DNA of 48,578 nucleotides, taken from the NCBI GenBank assembly GCA_002317215.1, contig DCJD01000027.1:1-48578 (forward strand), in the 5' to 3' direction. This document shows, one piece after another, positions 27,886 through 36,122 of this stretch; position 1 is the stretch's first letter; each line of letters starts with the position of its first letter. This stretch comes from Bacillales bacterium UBA1709 (lineage in GTDB: Bacteria; Bacillota_I; Bacilli_A; RFN20; UBA1709). The notes beneath the pieces are model-generated. The model had not been told where the DNA came from and did not search any database. It was given only the letters and a program-made list of their open reading frames with translations. The translations under genes were made by a program, and so were the position numbers.

Positions 27886-28332
27886 ATGGAAGTTATTTTA
27901 TTAAGTGATGTTAAAAACGTTGGTAAGAAGGGTCAAATTGTAGATGTTTCAGATGGATATGCAATGAACTTCTTATATCCTAGAAAATTAGCAGTTGCTG
28001 CAACTACTAAAGGAAAAGAAATCAAAGAACAACAAGATAAAGAAGCTAAAGAACTTTATGAAGCAAACAAAGCTAAAGCCATTGAACTAAAGGCTCAAAT
28101 TGAATCTATTAGATTAGAATTTAAGGCTAAGTGTGGTAATGACGGTAGAATGTTTGGAGCAATTTCGTCAAAAGAAATTGTTGAGCAATTAAAAACAAAA
28201 TATAGTATTGTTGTTGATAAGAAAAAGATTGTTGGTGAATCTAGTTGTAAGACTTTTGGAACCAGTAAAATTAAAATTGAATTATTTAAAGATGTTATTG
28301 CAACAATTAATGTTGATGTAAAAGAAATGTAG
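27886..28332 (+). CDS. rplI: 50S ribosomal protein L9
   Basis: [16 protein letters not shown]...[13 protein letters not shown] and [10 protein letters not shown]. Confidence 0.97.
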   Translation: MEVILLSDVKNVGKKGQIVDVSDGYAMNFLYPRKLAVAATTKGKEIKEQQDKEAKELYEANKAKAIELKAQIESIRLEFKAKCGNDGRMFGAISSKEIVEQLKTKYSIVVDKKKIVGESSCKTFGTSKIKIELFKDVIATINVDVKEM

Positions 28333-28341
28333 GTGAATTTT

Positions 28342-29727
28342 ATGGCGTTAAATAGAGCTAATAGTTTGCAAGCCGAGAAAGCAATACTTGGAACAATGCT
28401 TGGTGATCCTAATAAGGTAAGCCATTGTGTTGCTATTTTAGTTGAAGAAGATTTTTATAATGAATCATATCGCAAGATATTTGCCATTATGCGCGATCTA
28501 TTCAATGCTAGACAAGCAGTAGATATTACCAGTGTCACAGATAAACTAAATGATTTAGGCATATTAGATGATGTTGGTGGAGTTGGTGGACTAGTTGAAC
28601 TAACAGAAACCGTTACAGTTGAAAATGTTTCTTATTATATTGATATTTTAAAAGACAAAACTAATCTTAGAAAATTAGCCGATTTTTTAGAAGAAACATA
28701 TACTAATTTTGATGGTAAATCCACTGATGACATTCATTCATATTTAAGTAGACTAGAAGAAGATATGCTAAAAATCACTAGATTTAGAAGTGTATCAGAT
28801 TTCCAAAAGACTAGTGATTTAGTTCAAACTTACGATGATATTTTAAGAAATAAAGATAAAGTTTTACCTGTTATAGATACTGGATATGCTTACCTTAACA
28901 AATTATTAAATGGTGGTTGGGGAGATGGAACATTAAATGTTTTAGCTGCTAGAACTGGTATTGGTAAAACTGCTTTAGCTTTAAACTTTGCTATTAATGC
29001 CGCAAGTAAGAAATGTCCTGTAGCTTTTTTCTCAAGTGAAATGAGTTCACATGAATTAATGTGTCGTATGATCTCTATTTGCAGCTCGATTGATTCAAGT
29101 AAAGTTCAAACCTATAATTTCAAAACAAATGAAGATTTAATGCGTTTACAACACGCTTTAACTAAGATTAAAGATTTACCTATTTATATTGATGATACAG
29201 CCAATATTAGACTTGTTGATTTAGTATCTAAAGCTAGAAAACTAAAAAGTGAAAATCCAGCCCTATCATTAATCATTGTTGACTACTTACAAATAGTTAT
29301 TCCTGATTCAGATAAAAACGATTCACAAGCTTTAAAGATTGGTAAGATTGCTACCGCCTTAAAAGGATTAGCAAGAGATTTAAACATCCCAATAATTGCT
29401 TTAGCTCAATTAAATCGTGCTGCCGACAAGAATGCCGAGGGAGTTAAAGGTAAACCAAGTAAAGTTCAAAAGAGACCACAATTATCAGACTTAAAGGATT
29501 CTAGCCAAATTGAACAAGATGCTGACTTAGTATTATTCCTATATAAAGAAGACTATTATAGTGGACAAGATGGAAGTAGTATTCCAGATAATGAAGAAGT
29601 TGAATTAATAATTGGAAAAAATAGACACGGTCAAAAGACCACTGTTCATTTTGTATCCACACCAAAATTCTATCAATACAAAGAAAGATTAAATCAAGAA
29701 CAAGATAAACCAGATATAGGAGACTAA
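28342..29727 (+). CDS. dnaB: Replicative DNA helicase
   Basis: AARTGIGKT, FSSEM, IIVDYLQ, ALAQLNR and DLKDSSQIEQDAD; SD AGGTGA supports the ATG at 28342. Confidence 0.95.
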   Translation: MALNRANSLQAEKAILGTMLGDPNKVSHCVAILVEEDFYNESYRKIFAIMRDLFNARQAVDITSVTDKLNDLGILDDVGGVGGLVELTETVTVENVSYYIDILKDKTNLRKLADFLEETYTNFDGKSTDDIHSYLSRLEEDMLKITRFRSVSDFQKTSDLVQTYDDILRNKDKVLPVIDTGYAYLNKLLNGGWGDGTLNVLAARTGIGKTALALNFAINAASKKCPVAFFSSEMSSHELMCRMISICSSIDSSKVQTYNFKTNEDLMRLQHALTKIKDLPIYIDDTANIRLVDLVSKARKLKSENPALSLIIVDYLQIVIPDSDKNDSQALKIGKIATALKGLARDLNIPIIALAQLNRAADKNAEGVKGKPSKVQKRPQLSDLKDSSQIEQDADLVLFLYKEDYYSGQDGSSIPDNEEVELIIGKNRHGQKTTVHFVSTPKFYQYKERLNQEQDKPDIGD

Positions 29728-29728
29728 G

Positions 29729-30478
29729 ATGAAGTATTATTTTTTGCAATCTGGTAGTGCTGGAAATAGTTGCCTTATAGTAACGAAAGATTCAAAAATC
29801 CTTATTGATGTTGGTTTAACATATTCTTGCTTAAAAGATAAATTGAAAATATTAGGTTATTCAATAACGGATATTGATGCTTTTTTGATTACTCATGAAC
29901 ATGGAGATCATATTAAAGGGATTCAATATATTCCTTATTCAAAAGTTTATGCTACAAAAGAAACACTTTCTGGTAATGAGTTTCATGATATAGAACCATA
30001 TAAGATGTTTGAAATAAATAATACTCATATTGTTCCTTTAACCATTAGTCACGATATTAGAAATGGGGTAGGTTATGTTATTGATGATGAAAATCAAAGA
30101 TTAGTTTATATGACTGATACAGGCAAAGTATTAGTTAAGAATAGAGCATTTATGAAAGATGCTGATCATTATTGCATCGAATCAAATCACAATTTAGAGA
30201 TGTTAATGAATTGTCCTTATCCTGATTTTCTTAAAATTAGAATATCAAGTGATAAAGGACATTTATCTAATGAACAATCTGGTAAACTAATGGGTAAATT
30301 AATTGGTAAAAACACCAAAACAATAACATTAGCCCATATATCTGAGAAAACTAATACACCTGATTTAGCCTTAAAAGATTTTAAAGAACAATTGGATTTA
30401 GCAAATATAGATTATTCAAATATACGAATTAAAGCCGCTGATAGATATGAAATAACAATAGGAGAAGATAATGATTAA
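29729..30478 (+). CDS. yycJ: YycJ/WalJ metallo-beta-lactamase-fold hydrolase
   Basis: SGSAGNS, THEHGDH, ESNH, GHLSN and LAHIS. Confidence 0.88.
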   Translation: MKYYFLQSGSAGNSCLIVTKDSKILIDVGLTYSCLKDKLKILGYSITDIDAFLITHEHGDHIKGIQYIPYSKVYATKETLSGNEFHDIEPYKMFEINNTHIVPLTISHDIRNGVGYVIDDENQRLVYMTDTGKVLVKNRAFMKDADHYCIESNHNLEMLMNCPYPDFLKIRISSDKGHLSNEQSGKLMGKLIGKNTKTITLAHISEKTNTPDLALKDFKEQLDLANIDYSNIRIKAADRYEITIGEDND

Positions 30479-31652
30479 AGGATTTAAAGTCTTATCATTA
30501 GTTTTTATGGTTTTCTCATTAACCTCAATATCTCAAAAGAAAGATGTTGCAATTAATTGCAACACTATTTCTGATGAAGAAATAACTCTAACTAATCAAG
30601 TAAACTTAACTAGTTCAATGAATGATTTTTATAATGAAGCTATTAAAGGTGTTGTTAAAGTATCAAATTATGCAAAGACTACTACTCAAGGTGTTTCTAG
30701 TTATGTAAAACAATCAATTGGGTCTGGTTTTTTCTATGATGAAGATAGCTCATATTATTATCTATTAACAAATCATCATGTTATTGAATCATATAATATG
30801 GTTTCAATAACTATCCATTCAAATCAAGAGATAAAAAACGTTAAAGTTATTGGATATGATGATAAACAAGATGTTGGAGTTTTAAGAGTAAATAAGTCAG
30901 AGTTAAACTCAGCAATTAAAGTATTAGAATTATTAAAAGATAATAATTTTATTAATCCAACAATCGGAGATGATGTCGTAGCACTTGGTTGTCCTGGAGG
31001 CCAAGGATTTAGTGGTACTTTAAGTAAAGGTATTGTAAGTGGAGTTAATCGTATTGTTAGTGAATCAAATAATAATATTTATAATCAAGATCATGCGATT
31101 CAAACGGATTGCGCAATTAATCCTGGGAATAGTGGTGGACCACTTTTAAATATGAATATGGAAGTTATTGGTGTTAATACAATGAAGATTTCTTCAGATA
31201 GCAGTATTAGAGAAGAAGCTCTTAATTTTGCTTTGCCTATTCATGATATGTATAAAACATCAATGCTTATTAGAAAACAATTTAATGATTTTGGTCAAAA
31301 CAGTGTTATTCAATTTAATAATAGATTATCTATTTCTTCTTCTAAGCAATTTAAATCTATTCGAGATATGAGTATTAAAGAAAGAGATGTCTATGGAGTT
31401 ATAAATAAAAACCAAGGTGTAGTATGTTTAAATGATGATTCTACACTTAATGTTAAAAGAGGAAGTTTAATTGTTAGTATTAATGGTGTTGCTATTAATA
31501 ACGTATGTGAACTAAGAAGAGAACTACTAGATATTTATTATCAAGGAAACTTAACTAATAAGATTGTTGTACAAGTTTATAAAAACGTTAATGGAAATCT
31601 TAATGATTCTATATCTAATATTTCTATTAGTCCTAAGATTATTAATGTGTAG
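30471..31652 (+). CDS. htrA: HtrA-like S1C serine protease with an intact triad and a PDZ-like C terminus
   Basis: TNHHV (His), QDVGV (Asp) and NPGNSGGP (Ser); N-terminal signal/anchor. Confidence 0.88.
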   Translation: MIKGFKVLSLVFMVFSLTSISQKKDVAINCNTISDEEITLTNQVNLTSSMNDFYNEAIKGVVKVSNYAKTTTQGVSSYVKQSIGSGFFYDEDSSYYYLLTNHHVIESYNMVSITIHSNQEIKNVKVIGYDDKQDVGVLRVNKSELNSAIKVLELLKDNNFINPTIGDDVVALGCPGGQGFSGTLSKGIVSGVNRIVSESNNNIYNQDHAIQTDCAINPGNSGGPLLNMNMEVIGVNTMKISSDSSIREEALNFALPIHDMYKTSMLIRKQFNDFGQNSVIQFNNRLSISSSKQFKSIRDMSIKERDVYGVINKNQGVVCLNDDSTLNVKRGSLIVSINGVAINNVCELRRELLDIYYQGNLTNKIVVQVYKNVNGNLNDSISNISISPKIINV

Positions 31653-31664
31653 GAAGGAGAATGT

Positions 31665-32918
31665 ATGAGAAAGATTTTAAAAGCAGTTTTTGTATCAATA
31701 TTCTGTTTGATATTTATGAGTGGTTGTACTTCTTTACTTCCTGTTTTTACCACGGTCAATGAAACTAACAATAACAAGAGTGTTTGTCAATATGTTACAA
31801 AACAAACCACTTCAAATACTAATGAATCTAATACCACATTACTTTCCTCTTCAATTTCTAGTTTTCTAGATGCTAAAAATTCTAGTGTTCGTGTAATGGC
31901 TTGTTATAGTGTTAATGATAACGAATACGAAATGAGTAGTAGTGGATTTATTGTAGATGGTGAATATAATTCATCAACCCATAAATATGTCTACTATATT
32001 GTAACTAGTGCAAGTGGCATATTTTATAGATATGTAACTAATCCAAGCGATTCAATTGATATTGAAAATGATGTTAATATTGTTAGAAGTGGAACTTTTG
32101 AAATGTATATGGAAGATGGTAATGCATATACTGGAGAGATGGTTGGTTATTTTGATGCTTATGATGTTGCTATTTTCAAATTTCAGTCTGATAAAGAATA
32201 TGATGTATTAGAGTTGTCTAATGATGAAGTAAGTATTGGAGATACAGTTTATGCTTATGGAACTCCAGTAGATGGATACAATTTATTAAATACTTTAATA
32301 AAAGGAACAGTATCTGGTACCAATCGTTTATCAGATTTATATTTTAGTGAAACTATTAATAGCAAAACATATAGCGCTGTTATTTCTTCTTATCCAACCT
32401 TCCAATTTGATGGATCTATTAATCTTGGAATGGAAGGCGGGCCAATTATTAATGCAAACGGACAAGTAGTTGGAATGATTGGATATAGATATGGTACAAA
32501 TGCTGGTACTTATATGTATGAATCGTTGTCTTTCGGATTATCAAGTGCCAATCTAAAACCTATCATTGAATCAATTATCTCAACTGGTAGTTTTACGAAA
32601 CCATTACTTGGTATTACTATTACTGATATTTATAATGTTTCAGAGAAAGAAAACTATGAATGGATTGAAGATAATCAAATTTATAGTGGAGTTGTTATTT
32701 TAAAAGATGGAATTAGCGATAACTCCCCAGCTTATAACGCTTCAATTAGTGATAATAGTGTTTTAATTAAGTTAGTTAGTGATGGTAAAGAATATAATAT
32801 TTCTAATTTATCTTGTTTATATAGTGCTTTAGTTCAAATTAATCCTTCTAATCCTTTATCAGTAACTTATATTGATAGCAATAATCAAACACATACAAAG
32901 GTGGTTAATTTACAATGA
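31665..32918 (+). CDS. HtrA-like lipoprotein pseudoprotease (His and Ser missing)
   Basis: Lipobox-like MSGC; SSGFIV, YDVAI, YAYGTP, KGTVSG and FQFDGSINLG fit the trypsin-like fold; VTSASGI replaces TNxHV and GMEGGP replaces GNSGGP. Confidence 0.8.
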   Translation: MRKILKAVFVSIFCLIFMSGCTSLLPVFTTVNETNNNKSVCQYVTKQTTSNTNESNTTLLSSSISSFLDAKNSSVRVMACYSVNDNEYEMSSSGFIVDGEYNSSTHKYVYYIVTSASGIFYRYVTNPSDSIDIENDVNIVRSGTFEMYMEDGNAYTGEMVGYFDAYDVAIFKFQSDKEYDVLELSNDEVSIGDTVYAYGTPVDGYNLLNTLIKGTVSGTNRLSDLYFSETINSKTYSAVISSYPTFQFDGSINLGMEGGPIINANGQVVGMIGYRYGTNAGTYMYESLSFGLSSANLKPIIESIISTGSFTKPLLGITITDIYNVSEKENYEWIEDNQIYSGVVILKDGISDNSPAYNASISDNSVLIKLVSDGKEYNISNLSCLYSALVQINPSNPLSVTYIDSNNQTHTKVVNLQ

Positions 32919-33382
32919 AACTTATCTGTGTTGGAAAATTAAAAGAAGCATTTAATAGAGACGCTTTTAATGAATATGCTAAAAGACTATCTAAATATAC
33001 TAAATTAGAAGTTATCGAACTTAATGACGAAAGCATTAATGACGATTCAGTAGCATCTATTAATAAAGCAGTTGCAATAGAAAGTGAAAGAATTTTATCT
33101 AAAATAAATGATAAAGATTATGTTATTTTACTTGCGATAAAAGGAAATATGCTTGATAGTGAAGGATTATCTAATAAAATTAATGAGGTAATGAATCAAA
33201 GCAAACCTATTGCTTTTGTAATAGGTGGTTCTTATGGTGTTGATGATAGTGTTATAAAAAGAGCTAATTATCAATTATCCTTTTCAAAATTAACATTTCC
33301 TCATCAATTATTTAGAGTTATGCTATTGGAACAAATTTATCGTAGTTTCAAGATTATTAAGAAGGAGAAATATCATAAATGA
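32915..33382 (+). CDS. rlmH: 23S rRNA pseudouridine-1915 N3-methyltransferase
   Basis: MKLICVGKLKE, FVIGGSYG, SKLTFPHQLFRVMLLEQIYRSF and YHK. Confidence 0.96.
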   Translation: MKLICVGKLKEAFNRDAFNEYAKRLSKYTKLEVIELNDESINDDSVASINKAVAIESERILSKINDKDYVILLAIKGNMLDSEGLSNKINEVMNQSKPIAFVIGGSYGVDDSVIKRANYQLSFSKLTFPHQLFRVMLLEQIYRSFKIIKKEKYHK

Positions 33383-34605
33383 TTAAAGTTTATCATAAGG
33401 ATGTTTGCTGTGGTGGATGTTGTTTTGAAAAACACCATGAAGAAGAACGATCCAGATTATTTAAAATTATTCAAATCATAGTTGGAGCAATTCTAATTGT
33501 TTTTTCTTTGATTTCTGAAGAGAAAGATTTTCTTCCTTTTTCTAGCCTATATTTATTTATAATTGCATATATTCTTGTTGGTTATGAAGTTATTATTAAT
33601 TCATTTAAAAATATTCTAAAGAGAAAGTTTTTTGATGAATCAACATTAATGGTAATAGCTACAATATGTGCTTTTTTTGCAAAAGAATATGAAGAAGCCG
33701 TTATTGTAATGGAACTATTCCAAATAGGAGAATTATTAGAAGATATTGCTGTTGATAAAACACATGAATCAGTAGAACATTTACTAATTATGGATGATGT
33801 AATTGTTCATAAACTAGATCGTTCAAATATTATAGATTTAGACATAACACATGTTAGTGTTGGAGATGTTATTTTAGTTAAGAAAGGTGAAAGAATTCCT
33901 TTAGATGGAACTATTGTTAAAGGTAAATCAAGATTAGATTTAATTAATTTGGTTGGTCATAACGAAGTAATTAATGGAAATATTGATACTGATGTATTAT
34001 CTGGGTCTATCAATTTAGAAAATGATTTATATATTAAAGTTAATAAAAATTATGATCATTCTACGGTTCATAGAATATTAGATTTAATTGAAGAAAAAAC
34101 TATATCTAAGACTAAATCAAAGAAATTTGTATCTAAATTTGCATCTATATATACACCAGTAGTTGTTTGTTGTGCAATTTTAGTAGTATTAATTCCTACG
34201 TTATTATTTAAACAAAATATAGATATTTGGTTATATAAAGCGTGCTTATTTTTAGTTGTATCATGTCCATGCGCAATTGTCATTTCAGTACCTCTTGCAT
34301 ATTTTATTGGAATTGCGATAACTTGTAAAAACGGGGTATTAATGAGCGGGACTAATTATCTTGAATTATTAGAAAATAATAACGTTAATAAAATCGATTC
34401 TTCAAGTTTGGTTAAGAAAAGAATCATCTATATTGTTTATGAAAACATCATTGCAGTTGTACTTATTAAAACAATCGCGATGATATGGGGCTTATTTGGT
34501 GATTTACCAATTTGGGTTGCTATATTAAGTGATACAGGAATATGTTTACTTTGTATTATTAATTGTTTAAGACTATTTTTATTAAAAATTAAGAAGGGAG
34601 AATAG
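33379..34605 (+). CDS. CadA/ZntA-type (P1B-2) heavy-metal ATPase derivative lacking the P and N domains
   Basis: FFDESTLMVIAT, GERIPLDG, FASIYTP, SCPC, ENI..K and SDTG are present; DKTGT, TGE, HP, TGD and GDGxND are absent; 408 aa. Confidence 0.85.
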   Translation: MIKVYHKDVCCGGCCFEKHHEEERSRLFKIIQIIVGAILIVFSLISEEKDFLPFSSLYLFIIAYILVGYEVIINSFKNILKRKFFDESTLMVIATICAFFAKEYEEAVIVMELFQIGELLEDIAVDKTHESVEHLLIMDDVIVHKLDRSNIIDLDITHVSVGDVILVKKGERIPLDGTIVKGKSRLDLINLVGHNEVINGNIDTDVLSGSINLENDLYIKVNKNYDHSTVHRILDLIEEKTISKTKSKKFVSKFASIYTPVVVCCAILVVLIPTLLFKQNIDIWLYKACLFLVVSCPCAIVISVPLAYFIGIAITCKNGVLMSGTNYLELLENNNVNKIDSSSLVKKRIIYIVYENIIAVVLIKTIAMIWGLFGDLPIWVAILSDTGICLLCIINCLRLFLLKIKKGE

Positions 34606-34606
34606 T

Positions 34607-36058
34607 ATGATTATTGATTTTAAAGAAAAGAAAAACTTATTTAAGGTAATTGAACTAGGTTTAGGCATTGTATTTCTATTATGTTTCTTATTACCATTTA
34701 TTAATGTTGCGATAGATTCAGAAAGTTCCTTAAAAATCAGTGGTTTTCAGTTGATTAAAGGAATGAACAATGATTTATATTTACTTGATGTAAATGAATT
34801 TAGTTCTAACGTATATTTGTATTTTCCTCTATTTTTAACGTTGGTAGTTGCCGTCTTAGCGATATTTGATTTTAAGAATTTCGAGATTATTAAAAAAATC
34901 GTATGTGTTTTAGTAAGTTGTTTTAATGCTGTTGTAATTTCAAATATTAAAAATAGATTTTATATTGTTAATAAGGTTTCATATACTGATCAATCAAGTA
35001 TATCTTATGGATATGGATACTCAATATGTTTATGTATTGTGTTAGGAATATTTTTAATGAGTGTTTATGACTTATTAGTTAATGGTAAAAAGCTTTCAGA
35101 AGAGAAACGAATTATTGGATGTTTAGAAAACAATAAGTTATTAAAAATATCATTTGAGAGTTTATGTTATCTCATAATTACATTTGGATTATTCTTCGCT
35201 ATTGTTAGAATCGGCAATAATTTAGGATACATTGATATGAGTTTAATTAGATTATTATCAAAATATGATGTACCTAAAAATGCTTTAGGCTTTATTAAAA
35301 CAAAAGTATACAAACCAACAATTATATTCTTTGTTTCAGTAATCGTTTCAATTGCATTACGTGCTCTTACTTATTTATATAATAAAAAGATATTTAAAAT
35401 CTCTAATGTTATTATCTTAGCCATAGCATTTTCATTTATTGTTTCTCTTGAGGACAATGTATCAATAATTTGCATTCAAACAGGTGAAAATATATATTCA
35501 GCAGGCTTCAATGGCTCACTAACGATTTATGGATCATTAGTATTTACTAGCTGTTTATTATTACTTCTTTTTAATATTCTTGAATATTATAAAGAGTATG
35601 GCTTAAGAGATGCATCAATTCTTGGATTAACTTGTATTGGAGCTTTAGTTCTAACAAATATGTATCAATTAAGCGTTTATACATATAATGTTTATACTTC
35701 AGACGATAAATATAATGAAGTGGCCTATTCTTTATGGAAAATATTAAAATCTAAAGATATTTTAGGAAGTGGAGTTAAACTACAATACTTCTATATCTTA
35801 ATATTCTTAGAATTAGCTGGGTTAGTTTGTTCATTTGTCCCTTTTAAAGAGATTAAGATTAAATATTTAGTTTTATTCTTGATCTATGTTGTTTCTTTTG
35901 TTCTATTTGTAATGACATACTTAAAAGGATATAACTGTTTAACTGGTGATAATGCTCAATATTGTAGAATAGAATGTTATGAATATGGATATATTCATGG
36001 GTTATTTCTACTAATTTGTGCTTCTTCATACCTATATCTTGGATACGTTGAAGATTAA
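34607..36058 (+). CDS. Hypothetical polytopic membrane protein with three roughly 4-TM repeats
   Basis: About 12 hydrophobic segments in three similarly spaced modules; starts 1 nt after the previous stop. Confidence 0.65.
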   Translation: MIIDFKEKKNLFKVIELGLGIVFLLCFLLPFINVAIDSESSLKISGFQLIKGMNNDLYLLDVNEFSSNVYLYFPLFLTLVVAVLAIFDFKNFEIIKKIVCVLVSCFNAVVISNIKNRFYIVNKVSYTDQSSISYGYGYSICLCIVLGIFLMSVYDLLVNGKKLSEEKRIIGCLENNKLLKISFESLCYLIITFGLFFAIVRIGNNLGYIDMSLIRLLSKYDVPKNALGFIKTKVYKPTIIFFVSVIVSIALRALTYLYNKKIFKISNVIILAIAFSFIVSLEDNVSIICIQTGENIYSAGFNGSLTIYGSLVFTSCLLLLLFNILEYYKEYGLRDASILGLTCIGALVLTNMYQLSVYTYNVYTSDDKYNEVAYSLWKILKSKDILGSGVKLQYFYILIFLELAGLVCSFVPFKEIKIKYLVLFLIYVVSFVLFVMTYLKGYNCLTGDNAQYCRIECYEYGYIHGLFLLICASSYLYLGYVED

Positions 36059-36066
36059 TTATATAT

Positions 36067-36093
36067 AAAAAGATAGTTTATCTATCTTTTTTT
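36067..36093 (+). terminator. Rho-independent terminator
   Basis: AAAAAGATAG-tttat-CTATCTTTTT followed by TT. Confidence 0.8.
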
Positions 36094-36122
36094 AATAATA
36101 TTTGTAGTAAAATTAATACGAT

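Noticed and set aside
33371-33398. TATCATAA repeated 20 bp apart at the rlmH 3' end, resembling an SCC-type att site or island scar
   Set aside because: No recombinase and no distal att copy were seen near 36060; an 8-bp AT-rich repeat is expected by chance.
36095-36122. SOS/LexA box upstream of uvrA or uvrB
   Set aside because: No GAAC-N4-GTTC motif was found at either gene.
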